DNA from: Octopus bimaculoides
Lineage: Eukaryota
Length of the DNA stretch: 64,000 bases
Reading direction: 5' to 3'
Assembly (NCBI RefSeq): GCF_001194135.2
Contig: NC_068999.1
Location: forward strand, 54,934,960 to 54,998,959
In this document: piece after piece, positions 43,701-57,112 of the stretch
Layout of the letters: every line of letters begins with the position of its first letter
How positions within the stretch are numbered: position 1 is the first letter of the stretch
Translations under genes and position numbers: made by a program
The notes under the pieces: generated by a model
The model's input: only the letters and a program-made list of their open reading frames with translations
What the model was told of the DNA's origin: nothing
The model's database searches: none

Positions 43701-46700
43701 ATTTAAATTCAGGATATAAGGATATAAAAGTACACAGACTACCTTTAAACTACTTAAGTACAGGCATGGCTTTGTGGTAAGAAGCTTGTTTCCTAACCAC
43801 ACGCTTCTGGGTTTAGTGCCACTGCATAGTACCTTGGGCAAATGTCTTCTACTATAGCCTTGGGCTGACCAAAGACTTGTGAGTGGATTTGGTAGACAGA
43901 AACTGAAAGAAGCCTGTCATATGTGTGTGTTTCTTTGTGTCTGTTCCACCACCATTGACAACTGATGTTTACATCCCTGTGACAGTGGTTCAGCAATATA
44001 GACCAATAGAAGCACAGGTCTTCAAAAAATGTAAGTCCTGGGGTTGATTTGTTCGACTAAAAACCCTTCAAGGTGGTGTCCCAGCATGGCCACAGTCTAA
44101 TCATTGAAACAAGTAAAAAAAACTTAATATAATAATAATTTCTAACATAGACACAGCATCCCACATTTGGGAGAAGGGGATAATCTATATTATAGACTCC
44201 AATCCTTAACTGGTACTTTATCAACCTCAGTGAGGTTTGAATTCAGAACAAAGAACTCTTGTCAGCCATCTTAAATGATTCTATTAGAATAATGTTTAAG
44301 TTGAATAAGTTACCTACCCTTTAATCAGCTCAAATAGAATTTCTGGACGTGTACAAATATATTCAACTGTTGGTGATCTTGAACCAATCTGTCTCCGCAG
44401 GAGGTTGTTAAATATGGCAACAACATCTTTCCGACCCTGTCAATATAATCACAAGATAAAGCAAAGAATTACGTGATGACAAAGAAAATGAAAGAGAAGA
44501 AAGTTTCTCATTTGCTGCTAGTTTATTGTTGCTTTATTACTGTTAATATTTTATGTATCTACATTCTTACTGACACACAAAAGCCTAGCTTACATCACCA
44601 CCAAAGTCATTTGGTTGCCTTTAGTAGAGTCCACTCATACAAACATTCAGGCCATATTTTTGGCCTAAAGATAACTTTCTCTCTTCCTCTCACCAATCAC
44701 AGAGACCCTCCCTCCCAACCCTTCTCTTTTTTGTGTGTATATGTGTGCATCTCAGACCCTCATTTCATTCCTAGATGAAAATGGGGCACTGTTGCAACAT
44801 ATGGTGTATCTGAGACATTCTTTTTAGACTTGACAAAGTTTATCCCTCTCTGGTCGTGATCATAGCTGATTTCATAGAGACAAAGAAGAAATAACCCAAG
44901 TACAGCACTGGTACTTTATTGACTCTAAAAGCATGTAAGCCATGTTAACCTCAATGATATTTAAATTCAGACTGCTGAGAAATCACAACTCCAATGCCAG
45001 AATGACACTACCTATATCTGTGAACATAACTGTGTGGTTAAGAAGTTTGCTCTCCAGCCACATGGTTTTAAATTCAGTACTACTTGAACAGAACTGACTG
45101 AAGCCTTGTGAGTGGATCTGGCAGTTGAAAACTGATAGAAACACATAGTATGTATATAATTATAAATGTATGTGTCTGTATTTGTTTACATTTGGGCCTC
45201 TCTGAAAATCTCTGAAGCATTGTTGTCATGTCCCCTGTCAATAAACCATCTGCAGGCTTTATGTGTTCAAAGAAATGTGAAATAAAAGATCTCTTACTTG
45301 AAAACAGGTAAAGATTAGCAACAATAAGAACATCTGACCGTCAAACAACACCTTAATAAATATATTTGTCTAACCCATGCTCACAAGGTAAAAATGGATG
45401 TTAAAAAAAACAATTGACATTATATATATATATATTACAGGAAGGACATCAAGCCAAGGCAGACAGTAGAGCTTGGTGCAGTCTTCCAATTTTCCAGTAC
45501 CTGCAAAACCATCCAACCCATGCCATTCATCATCATCATCGTTTAACGTCCGCTTTCCATGCTAGCATAGGTTGGACGATTTGACTGAGGACTGGTGAAA
45601 CCGGATGGCAACACCAGGCTCCAGTCTAATTTGGCAGAGTTTCTACAGCTGGATGCCCTTCCTAATGCCAACCACTCAGAGAGTGTAGTGGGTGCTTTTA
45701 CATGTCACCCGCACGAAGGCCAGTCAGGCGGCACTGGCAACATGGGAAGTAAATGTTAAAAGATGATAATATAGGCAAACACATGCTTTCAGGTTTGGTT
45801 CCAGTGTGTGACACCTTAGACAAGTGTCTTCTGCTATGGCTCTGGGCCAACCAAAGCCTTATGAGAGATTTGATTGACAGAAACAAAGCCTGTCAGGTAT
45901 ATACACATGCATACATATATAACATATTTTGCAGAGTCTAGAGAGAGTCATTATGCCTATATTAATAACACATCTACCAGTTCAATTTTACTCCTTTATT
46001 ATTAGTCAATCATACTTTTCTTTTTTGTTCATCAAAGTTCTTTCATTGCCATTTGCAACCTTTTAAGTGACTATCTCTCATAAATGTGTGTGTGTGTGTG
46101 TGTGTGTGTGTGAGTGTATGCATGCATGTGTATGTTGCTGTTGCCTTGACATTGTATGATAATTATGAACAAATGTCAACATCATGCAAGTGTTGACCTC
46201 CATTTCCAATCTTCCATGAAAATATGTCTGGCCATGAGGAAATATTACCTTGCTTGGAAACAGGTGAGGCTTGGTGACAGGAAAGGCAACTGACTTTTGA
46301 AAATCTGCCTCAATAAAATTCCACCCTAACCCATGAGAGAATAGAAAATGGATGTTAAACCGATGATGCATGTACAGTAGTGTAGTTAACAAGTTCACTT
46401 TGCAACCACGTGATTTCCACACTATATAGAACTTACAATCTTTTATCATAAGCTTGCAGACATTTGTTTTTTTTTCAGTCGATGGCCTCCCTACCCAACT
46501 AACTACTTAGTTGTGAAATAAGATTAAAGTTGGTGCCAGCTCAGCAAACAGAATGGTGTATATGAGTGAGTGAGAGAGAGTTGAAATCTGGAACTTTTAT
46601 CAAGAAAACCTATCCTTTCACATCTGTTGACCATCAATGTAACCCAATACTTGATATTCAAACATATCTATTGAACAATTTTTGTCATCATATAGGCACA

Positions 46701-49489
46701 AGCATGGCTGCACAGTAAGAAGTTAGCTTCCCAATCACAAGGTTCCTGGTTCAGTCCCACTACATGGTACCATTAACTATAGCTTTGGGCTGACCAAAGC
46801 CTTATGAGTGGATTTGGTAGACGGAGACTGAAAGAAGCTTGTATATATGTCTGTGTGTGTGTGTCCCACCACAACTGGTGATGGTTTGTTTATATCCTTG
46901 TAACTTAGCAGTTCAGCAGAAGAGTCCAACAGAATAAGTACCAAGCTTAAAAATATGTACCGGGGTTGATTCAGTCAACTAAAAATTCTTCAAGGCAGTG
47001 CCTCAGCATGGCTGCAAAAGCAGTGTCATAAATAACACTGTACTGTCTCAGATGGCAAATACAGAAGATGCTATACATACATATCCACAGATTACATGGA
47101 TGTTACACAGAGCCAGAGAATATAAAGTGTTGTTACTGTTTCGGCTCTATGTCAGCCCTGATTCAGCAATTTTGGTTTATCCAATGTATCCTAATTTCTG
47201 AGATTGCTTTACCTGCTATTTTTAGCAGGTCAAAGCTCATATTGTATATCATCGTTGTTGTACAAGCTGTGCACGCAGGCATAGCAGCAGTAAGAAAAAG
47301 CTAGTTCTTGTTTTTAGGGGTTGAAATTGAGAACACAGATAAATGAACGGACAGGCATAACACTGTTGTTTTATGGAACAAGTCAAAATTGATAGGTTCG
47401 AGAAGACTTACCTCAAAATCGATTTTGTTGAGGTTCTTTATCAGAACTTGAAACATGTTGCCATTGTACATCTCTTGAGCCAGCTGAGCCACCACTTCAG
47501 TGTGGGGCTCCTGGTCTCCACTCCCATAAAGCATGTTGCGAATAATATTCAAGTTTTTCGATACTTCCTCAGAAGCCTGTAAAGTTATAGAAATCAACAC
47601 AAAATAAAAATGACCAAGTCTTAGCTTTTGTGAAATTTGTTATATGAACATCTTTGTCTTAAGAATAATAATTCAACAATTAAAGTAAATTCTTTTTGAA
47701 TATTTTCCTCTTAATGAAGCCAATGTTGATAAATAGTTAAGTTACATTACGAACTGTAGGAGAATAAATTAAGAAATACTATATAGTTTGAAATCTTTTC
47801 ATTTGGGTCTAAAAAAGAAACTGCAAAGTTAACCTGCTTTGTCTGCTATGGAACATAGAGAGAGAGAGCTGAAATAGAATTTGAAAACTGATACACAATT
47901 CTTAACCTTTTAGTATTTAAACTGACCATATCTGGCCCAAATATTCTGTTTTATGTTCAAACTGACCAGATCCAATCTCTCAGACCTACCCTTTGATGTC
48001 ATTCTAAAAATAAACAATCACATCATTGAAATCTCAAAGCTATGAGATAATGTACAATTAATTGCAAATAATTGTACATGATAAATAGTATAAATACTCG
48101 ATGACTGGTCACCGCGCCAGTGGAGCACTAACAACACTGTCGAGCGTGTTCATTGCCAGAGCAGCTGTCTGACTTCCGTGCTAGTGGCTCATAAGTAGCA
48201 CCATTAGAGCGTGGCCGTTGCCAGTACCATGTGACTGGCCCTCGTGCCGGTGGAACGTAAAAGCACCCACTACACTCTCGGAGTGGTTGGCGTTAGGAAG
48301 GGCATCCAGCTGTAGAAACTTTGCCAGATCAGATTGGAGCCTGGTGCAGCCTTCTGGCTTGCTAGTCCTCAGTCAAATCATCCAACCCATGCCAGCATGG
48401 AAAGTGGACGTTAAACGATGATGATAATGAATGTGAATAAATAAACATTACATTTGACAGAGTAATCTGAATGCTAATGGGTTAAATATAGTTATAAAAC
48501 TCAGTTTTCACAGCTTGTAGTCAGCAATATAAGAAAACTTTAATTAGTTTTAAACATCTTTAGTGTAGTGCTGCAATATGCCCAGTCAGAATTGGACTTC
48601 AACATTTATGCAATTGTGCTCTAACACATCCACAATTATAGTTGGATTTCATTAAGTATGGAGTAGTGTTCTATCCACAGTTTTAATTAACTTTAAATGT
48701 CTATGGTGTAGTATTCAATATATCCAAAGTAAGACTCATTCAAACCAACGAGAGAAATATATCGCTTGCTTAAATTTCATCTATCTGAAAAAATGCTTAA
48801 TACTCTTTTTGAGACAGTACAAATGTAAGAAGAGGGAAGTATTTAGTTGACTAAATCAATTTTATTGATACTGGAGATATATTAAAGCAGGTAACTTTGT
48901 TGAATTCTAAATAAATGCAACTAAAAGCTGAAAAATATTGAGCCTGGTACTCCATGTTTCTTCCAAATCACCAGTCAAGGGGTTGGTGACATTAAATAAC
49001 CAGAAACAACTAAGAGTTGAAGATCCACAGGAAATAACCACAAAAATATGAGTTCATGGCAGAAATGAACCGAATTCTCTTATGTAGAATTTCAAGTTGT
49101 TTTAGCTGTGCACTTGGTTGGGCAAATTTATGAAAAGACAATGTACAAGTTCTGTCAGTTAAAACTAGAAGATATTAGAAGAGTCATTTAAATACTGACT
49201 ATTAATTAGAAGTGACTTCTTCCTAAAGGGGTTTTCTTTTAACTTTAAAGTAAAGCTGGAGATCAAACAAACAGTAAATAATTGTTATCCTTGAATTAAT
49301 TTATCCATACAATGAATAGAATTTCATTTGTTTTTTTTACTAAAGAAAAATTAACATTTCAAAAACAATACTTACCTTATCCGACTTCTTGTCACCCCTT
49401 CCGGGCTCTTTTGATAATGATAGCATAGCATCTCGCAGACTTTTAATTAATTCCTGTGGACTTTTGGGAGATTTTCCAAACAGTGGCAT
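37529..49489 (-). CDS. CAB39: Calcium-binding protein 39 / MO25 (LKB1-STRAD scaffold), complete, 339 aa; complement(join(37529..37711,38829..38972,39985..40110,40990..41158,44318..44436,47412..47576,49376..49489))
   Basis: 7 exons total 1020 nt, all GT-AG, frame intact. [11 protein letters not shown] start has an in-frame TAG just upstream. MO25 motifs: [87 protein letters not shown]. Confidence 0.98.
38829..38972 (-). CDS. CAB39: CAB39 coding exon 6 ([48 protein letters not shown])
   Basis: 144 nt; tttctag acceptor; AAA|gtaagt donor; not in the ORF track. Confidence 0.97.
39985..40110 (-). CDS. CAB39: CAB39 coding exon 5 ([42 protein letters not shown])
   Basis: 126 nt; tttcag acceptor; AAA|gtaagt donor. 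Confidence 0.97.
40990..41158 (-). CDS. CAB39: CAB39 coding exon 4 ([17 protein letters not shown]...DAFSTFK)
   Basis: 169 nt; ggcag acceptor; AAG|gtattt donor. Confidence 0.97.
41422..41839. mobile_element. MITE family G, uninterrupted copy (418 bp)
   Basis: TIR GGTGGAATTCTGGTTTAAGCA / TGCTTAAACCAGAATTCTGCT; 8-bp TSD ctatatta/ccatatta. Confidence 0.78.
42030..42230 (+). mobile_element. Unclassified (AAC)n-tailed repeat family H (other copies, mostly reverse: ~22290-22560, 26590-26750, 39520-39750, 53260-53340, 55190-55780, 56340-56400, 60340-60490)
   Basis: shared GACCTGCTAGAAATAGCAGCCAAAT...GGCTGGAATGCCT...GATCAG body in many copies. Confidence 0.65.
44318..44436 (-). CDS. CAB39: CAB39 coding exon 3 ([40 protein letters not shown])
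   Basis: 119 nt; gacag acceptor; GG|gtaggt donor; not in the ORF track. Confidence 0.97.
46140..46370 (+). mobile_element. SINE-like body carrying the RTE-type tail (other copies ~16700-16920, 32330-32480(-), 43195-43480(-), 45220-45410, 52670-52850(-))
   Basis: ATGTCTGGCCATGAGGAAATATTACCTTGCTTGGAAACAGGT body followed by CCCATG..GGATGTTAAAC(GAT)n. Confidence 0.65.
47412..47576 (-). CDS. CAB39: CAB39 coding exon 2 ([18 protein letters not shown]...LNKIDFE)
   Basis: 165 nt, phase 0-0; tttacag acceptor; GAG|gtaagt donor. Confidence 0.97.
49376..49489 (-). CDS. CAB39: CAB39 first coding exon ([38 protein letters not shown]); exon extends 32 nt into 5' UTR to an acceptor at 49521
   Basis: AAG|gtaagt donor; tttatttcag acceptor at 49522; not in the ORF track. 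Confidence 0.95.
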
Positions 49490-52400
49490 TATCTACCAAG
49501 AGGACTGGTGAAAATCTTATACTGAAATAAATATAAAAATATCAGGATGAGCTACAGCAGAGGAAATTATTAAAAAAAAAACTAATTTCAAGTTTTGATT
49601 TCAAGAGTTTCACTAGAGACAGGGTTATTTTGAGTGGCTTCCTATGTGAAGCAGGTTAAGTGACAAGAACACCTGAGTGGTACATAGATAATTTTACTAA
49701 AGAATTAGTCATGTAGCCTGGTACAGTTATAACTTTTTCAGTCACTTTGATGAAACAAGGAATATGCGATAAATCTGTCTGTGAATCAGTGAACATGATC
49801 AGTTGAAAAATGTGTAAAATGTTTCATAGCATGACAAGGTTTCTGGAAAGAGTTAGCTAATTCGAGAATCACAAACTAATAACATAAGATGTACAAATTC
49901 ATGGAACCATAGCTAATGAGGAACACTTCAACTGCTAAAAATTGCACCTTACTACATTGGGAGGGACATATTGGACGATATAATGCAATCGTAAATACCC
50001 CTATAAAAGATAGGAAGGTTGGACCAGGCTGGAATGCATTTGGTCTTAGGTCTGCACATCTAGGGTTGATGTGGGACTACACAAGAAGATTTCTGTTCAA
50101 TGTCATAGACAAAACAGCCAACATCAAGATGAACCACTGAAAAGAACAGAATAGCTAGGCAAGTCTGTTGATTCCAGTTACACAGAGAGAAACCTCAACA
50201 TCAGATGACAACAGCCAAGGCTGCCATGCCAACAGCACCATCTTTCTCTTCTCTCCATTGAAAGACATGAGCTTGAGATATTAGGCTTTCCAATCACCAT
50301 GGCAATCTTACTGAGATTCTGCAAGCTCACCTTTTCATTAATTACTGCCAACACAAAACCTCACCCATTACTGCCAATTCTAGACTCCATCTTATAAAAC
50401 TTAACTAATTTTGACATAAAGCAATATTATGACCACTGATCAGCATACAATAATCTACAGTACACCAGTACAAGAGTGGGTCAGTATGTACTGGGAGTTA
50501 AATACTCTATAGTACAGTAGAGTAACAGATTTCATATTGATGTACTACAGCTGATATAACAGGCATTATCATGTACTACAGTTGTTACAACCAAACATGT
50601 AATGTAAAATATACCTCTAAAAGACCAGACGGTCTTGGCTAGACTGCCTTTAGTTCTAGATCTGCTTGATCTGGGTTGTTCTGAGGTAAAGCAACAACTA
50701 ATGAAAGCAATCACACTAAATGTAGGCAGTCTTATTATTATTAGCAGGAAACAAGAATGGTTATTTCTATATGTTTGCTTTATTTATGTTCCAGATTCCA
50801 GGATATTTTCTGATGAGGGAAAAAACTTAAATCTGCTATTGATTGTTCACAATTGGTGCCATTCTAATATTGGCAATGATACAGTTTCCAGACTAAACCA
50901 CCCAACATACTAATTCACTCCTTAGTCAATACAACAGCTAATTTTTCACTCAACTTGTTTTCTCATTTGGTATTTAGTCTGAGGAAAAGAGAAACTGTGT
51001 CAGCTGTATACTACTTGGTTGTAAGGAAACATGTCAAAAGAGAAGAGAGTTCCAGCTCTGGAGACTAAGGATCAAGTGAGATATTTACTTAGTTATGGTA
51101 ACATTGTGACAAAATAGAGTTATAACAAGAGATGGCACATTGAGTAGAGTTGAGCAGGAGATGTACAATAGTTAACTCAAAGGAACAGAAACTGTCATAA
51201 TAGCAAAAGAAGAGACAACGGGAGGATGCAATACACTAATGATCCAGTGTTTGTGCCATTTTGGTGAATAAAGCTTTATCTATCTGTTGGATGGTTTCCT
51301 AAGTGCTCACTCCAACATCACTTAGATGATATACAAAAGTAGGCAAGACTGTAGGCTTGAGAAGTGCTTGATGAGAATGGTTGAGAATTGATTAATTATG
51401 CATACAAACCAATGTATAGTGAGGAAATAGTTCCTCTAGCCAACTGAAATGATCAAAATCTCGAATAAAGTTATGTAATACAATCTGCATTTTTTTTGTT
51501 GTCTGATTGCTAATTATACTCTGCAACCAACGTATCAGCGTACTGATTGGTAAATGTTCTCCGATTTACAGTTTGCAAGTTTTGCCTGGTGGATTCAACC
51601 AAATTTCTATATTACTCATTTGCCAGGTTTTTCCCCACATGCAGTGCTGATCATAGTATTAGCCTGGATTTCTTCACTCCCTATTTTCTATCACTATATA
51701 CACCCACACTCAGATACAAACACAAGCAAACAAGGAAGACTACACACTGACATACTTAAAACACAATACATTAGATAATGCAGTCCAAGATACATCATGT
51801 CTGAATAAAAGCCGATAATCATGAATGGAAAATTATTCATCATAGATCTGCTGAGCAGGAATGATCCGATGCTACTTTGTGACTCCCACCACTTTGAGAT
51901 ATCATTATCATGTTTAAGGGTCACATGTGCCATATTCCTGGCAAATGACACTCACCAAGGCTCCTAGTTGATGTTGTGACATGTAAAGTAAAAACAGGGA
52001 AATTTGAAGATATGAGTGAAAGGTGTCCATTGTATGACAAGTGAAATAAATACAAATAGAAGAATGTCATTTTTTTTTTTTGCCTTGTATTCTAAAAAGA
52101 ATGAAAGTACATGGTTTAATGGTCATGACATTGAACTCACAATCATTAGGTGGTGGGTTCAATTCACAGTCAGGGAGGTTTTGTGTCCTTGAGTAAGGTA
52201 TTTCATTTCATATCTCAACTCAACTGAAAATTAGTAGAGGCAGGGGAGTTTAACTCTGTGACAGAGTTGCTTAAACGGTACCTGGACAGGATGTTGAATG
52301 CACTTTTGTTGAAGGACAGAAAGCAGAACGGATACAATATGAAACAGACAAGACGCCAAAAAGACATGAAAATTAAAATATATGATAATCATTTTATTCC

Positions 52401-53895
52401 TACAATATGACAGACTGAATTGGTCATTAAACTATATAGGTAGGAATGTTTTTTTATTATTATTATTGTGGTTGTTCGGCTTCTTGTCCCTCAGCAAAAG
52501 TGCATTCGGCATCCTGTCCATGCATGGTTTAAACATTTAGTAACGACGAAGTTATTTTAATAAATTCCTTGATATTTTCAAAATTAATTTATATAAAGGC
52601 AGTGCCATTTCAACAGAAACATGGCAACAAAAGGGTTAAATGATTTTTAAATTTTTAGGTTATGAGCCATCATCACCATCATTTTAACACCTACTTTTCC
52701 ATGCTCGCATGTGTTGGGCAGAGTTTATAGAAACCCTTCTTGTCACCAAACAAGATAACATTTCCCCATGACCTGACATGTTTGTAAAGCAGATTGGAAA
52801 TGAATGACACTCATAGACAAGAAACATGCAATGCAAGACAAAGAAACACAAGCACACACATATACATATGACACACTTCTCAAATGTGAGATGAAGGAGA
52901 AAGGATCTTTAGACACTAGGCCTCACTGAGATGACAAGGGAGTGAGACTTATGGTGGTTTGCTGTACTTGAGAAGACTTGTAAAACTAAGTAAAATTGCA
53001 GCCATCCATACATACAGCGTGTTCTTGTGCCATGTAAAAAGCACCCAGTACACTCTGCAAAGTGGTTGGCATTAAGAAGGGCATCCAACCATAGAAACAA
53101 TGCCAAAACAGACAACTGGAACCTCCAGCTTGTCAGCTCCTGTCAAATTGTGTAACTCAAGACAGTATGGAAAACAGACATTAAACAACAATGATGACAC
53201 TTTTTTTTTTCAGTTTCTGTCATTGAATCCACTCACATCCTTTATCTATTTTTCTTTTTAGACAGCTGTGTGTGATTTGAGGGAGATTTGGTTGCTATTT
53301 CTTGTAGGTTGAGCAACCATCAATGCCTTCTCATTGATTCAACCTGAGGCTTCCAGAAAGTTAGGTACAGGTGAACTGGTTGCAGTTAGTTTGCTTTCAG
53401 ATATATTTATTCAATTTGTTTTGAAAATAGATACAATTTTATCAATTATCAAATCCATAAATTTTTAGATGTACATGTTATATTAATTAACTCAGATCAT
53501 ACAGACTTTCATTGAACGCTTTACAAATCAATCATCATTTAATGTCTGTTTTCCATGCAGGTATGGGTTGGGCAGTTTGATAGGAGCTGGCCAGCCAAAG
53601 AGCTGTATAGGTCCCAATTGTCTGTTTTGGCATGGTTTCTATGGTTAGATGCCCTTCATAAAACCAACCACTTTACAGAGCGTACTGGGTGCTTTTATGT
53701 GGCACCAGCACGGGTGTGTTATATGTGGCACCAACATAGGTGCTTCAAACAAGGCACCACCCAGGTGTATCTTATGTGGCACCAGTACAAGTGCTTTTTA
53801 CATGCATACAGAAACATTAATATCATATAACTTCTAGCTATGGATGTCGCCTAAAACTTGATTTCATTAACAATGTAAAATAATATACTTTATTT

Positions 53896-54232
53896 GGTGC
53901 CAGTGTAGTATGTGATCTACATACATGTTTCTGGTATGGCTTGTGATCTACACTGACTTCTTGATCTACATTTAAAATTCATCTATTTACTTGATCTCCG
54001 GTTGGTTTGGTATATAAACCAAAAAAAAAACTTTTATGATTTAAACACTTTTAGTCCTGAGCCCATTGAAAGAAGTCATAATGATAGCAAAAGACTACAA
54101 TGCCGTCACAGTATTCATGTTTCTAGTATGAAATAAAAAGCAATAAAAATTTTTCTTTTTCTCTTTTTTTAAATGTAGATCACAAGCTAGTCTAGATTTA
54201 AGTTGCTGTACATCACATACTACACCGGCACC
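53896..54232. mobile_element. MITE with ~58-bp TIRs, GG/CC ends and 8-bp TSD (Merlin-like)
   Basis: GGTGCCAGTGTAGTATGTGATCTACA vs TGTACATCACATACTACACCGGCACC; flanks ctttattt/ctttattc; repeated TGATCTAC motif. Confidence 0.75.
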
Positions 54233-56401
54233 CTTTATTCTATAATATAACATTATATTATACATACATATATACACACACACATACAAGTAAAGCACAC
54301 AAAAATAAGAGTATGGTAAAGGCATGCCAAATGACATGAGTAATGTTGACATACAAAATACAAATCATTCACAGCTTACAATAGGAAATTCAATTCTGAA
54401 AGTGACAAGTGACAAATTCTCACAACTTTATCACTGCACCTATGTACAGTTTAACCTTGAAAAATATTTTGTGATATTAAAAGTTAAATAACTAATTTAA
54501 CCCTTTGTAACAAATAATAATAGCCAGTCTATACAGAAAATTTCAACCTAATTTTACAGGTATGGTTGAGTGGTTACGAAGCTTTCTTAGCAACCATATG
54601 GTTAGGTTTCAGTCGCAATGTGTGTCACCTTAGGCAAGTTTCTTCTTCCATAACCGTCAGTTGACCAATGTCTTGTGAGTGAATTTTTTTTATATCCCCA
54701 TAAGTTGACACTTTGGCAAAGCAGGCTTAGAACAAGTACTAGGGTCAATTTGATTGATTAAATCCTTATACATAATGCTCCAGCATGGCTGCAGTCCAAA
54801 GACTGAAACAAGTAAGGGCAAAGATAGAAGATGAAATGGTTCGCTTTTTTTCAAAAGAGCAGATGCAGGACATAATTAATATGAAAGATAGAAAACGACA
54901 GCATCAAAGCAGCCAATGAGATATTCACTTTTTGAAATTTCATACAGTCTCTGTTCAATCCTGGATTAATCTTCAAATTATTTCAGAAAATTGAATCAAA
55001 TTTAATTGTAAAGATTACTTCCCAACCTAATCTTTTAAAAAGGACCTGCAGTAATGATGAAATAATTTAACAACTACAATTATCTTCAGATGAGTTTGAA
55101 ATGGTTGAAATAAGGGACAGAGTAATTACCCTCCCCAAGAACTTTGTGATCAAAGTGTGCAAAGAATAATTGTCTGAAGCTGTAACAGTAATGTGTTGAG
55201 TTAGACCCGATTAAGGAAGCCTATGATCAAAGTTGCTCCAGCCATCACTTTATCTTTTTTCTTCTTCAAAGTATTGCATACCTAAGACTACATTACCCAA
55301 TGTGTGGTGTGGTTTGAAGGAAATGTGGCTGTTATTTTTGCAGGTCGGGTGGTCACATAAAGGCTCCCTCATTAGAACGATAGTGTAGTAATTTAGGTAC
55401 ACAAGTGAATAGACCTACCCGTGGTTAAATCTCTCCAGCCATATCATCTTTATTCAGACAGTTTATCTAGAACTACATTATCTAAGGTGTCCTTTTCTTT
55501 TTCTTTTATTAAGGCAGTAGGTTGTTATCCAAAGACCTGACTTCTGGCAGCTAGAAAATGTCTCCCACCACCTTTGTTAAAGTCAATAGAACCGTTTCCA
55601 TTGATAACGTTGGGTAATCCAGGTCAATCTAGATCGGCAGACCTATAATCAAATGCACTCCACTAATGATCATCCCGGGGTTTTTTTTTTTCAGGCGCCG
55701 GTAAGATTATATTATCTAATGGACAGTGATTTGAGAGATTTGGTTGCTTTTTCTAATAGGTCGAGCTACCTCTTGGTGTTGCCTTGGCGCTGCTATCGGG
55801 CAGGGCGCCAGTTGTATGAATGTTAATTAGAATGCAGCCAAGCCAAATTAACTGAATAATTAAATATATAAAGACATAATAATAGCTTTATACCAGGAAC
55901 CATTAGTGTACAAAACAATATGTATGAGGAAGCAGCAGGGGTGGGTAGCTCGTCTCTAAGTGCCACCACAATAGACATGACATGTTAAAATAACAGCAGA
56001 CAGCCTGAAAGTGCCACAAAACACGTTAAAACAAAAACATGTCAACAATTACAAGTCCATGTTTCTTAAAGGAGGTCACCACGTCTGACGTCATTTAATA
56101 GTGTACGTATCCAAGAGCTTAAGCAAAACACAGCTTTGATTCATTAGCCCTCGCCCAATTTTGTCCCAAACCATTATAGTTTGGTTCAGACGCTTGAAAC
56201 CTCTTCTTATTTTGCGCAGATAACACCCGTTTAACCCTTCCGCTTCTCTGTTTGCTCCGATTAAACAGATCTATGACCAAAGCACTCCAACCTGTTTCAT
56301 TTAAGTGTCCAGTTTTACATGGCAATATTTTTTTTTTTCCCAAGATGGTAACATAAAGTTTGGAAGAGAATTTGGCTGTTATTTCTGGCAGAATGAGTGA
56401 T

Positions 56402-56547
56402 TAATCATGGGCGAACTGCGATTCGTGAGATTTTCTTAATGGCACGCCCAACGGAAAATTACTTCGAATTTTTTTAGTAGTGTGACCCGCCTGATGAAAA
56501 GCTATGTCTTATGCGGCCCGCTTCTTGAAAAAGGTTGCTCAAACCTG
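56402..56547. mobile_element. Short degenerate hAT-type MITE
   Basis: ATGGGCGAACTGCG ... GCGGCCCGC...AAAAAGGTTGCTCAAACCTG resembles Charlie/Ac-type ends. Confidence 0.45.
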
Positions 56548-56953
56548 ATATAGAAACTCCAAAATGAACTTTAGAGGAAGATATGGAAGAATGTAACAGA
56601 AGTTTTGGTTGAAAATTTGCAACTCAAAGCAACCTAAAAAGAAAAAACAACAACTTATCTTCATTAACGTGACAACGTAAAAGAAATGACTCAGGTGCAA
56701 AAGAGAAGAAAAGAAAAAGTAGGTTGTTAATGGTGTTTGTTGCCGGTTAAAGAAATGATCAAGTTAATACGCAGTTTTATAAGACGGGAAAACCCACCGT
56801 TGTCAATTCTAAATTCAAACACAAAAAAAAAGAAAAGAAAAATCGATTGATCGAATCGAGCAAACACACTTATTCGCTGTTTCATTTCTAGGATGTGGAA
56901 GGCCTCTCTTAACACGCAACCAAAGATAACCGATCAACCAAACAAAAATATAC

Positions 56954-57112
56954 CAGCTGAGTCAAGGGTGTTGGTGGTAATTCAAAGTGACTCCCCAAGG
57001 GAAACAAGCTATACACTGAAAATACTTCTTAAAATATACTCCACCACTTCTCCCCGGAAGTCACTGTAAATCAAAGAAGAAGCTACGGGTTTTCTTCATC
57101 CGACATATTACG
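56954..57112 (-). other. Possible non-coding 5' UTR exon of CAB39 (159 nt)
   Basis: cttttattcag| acceptor and CTG|gtatat donor on - strand; no transcript evidence. Confidence 0.25.

Noticed and set aside
49522-56400. Nested protein-coding gene in the long CAB39 5' intron
   Set aside because: ORFs there are short, low-complexity or repeat-derived, and I found no chain of exons with consistent phase.
56489-56520. CTGATGAAA as a hammerhead core
   Set aside because: No stem II/GAAA/stem III arrangement follows; it lies inside a hAT-like MITE.
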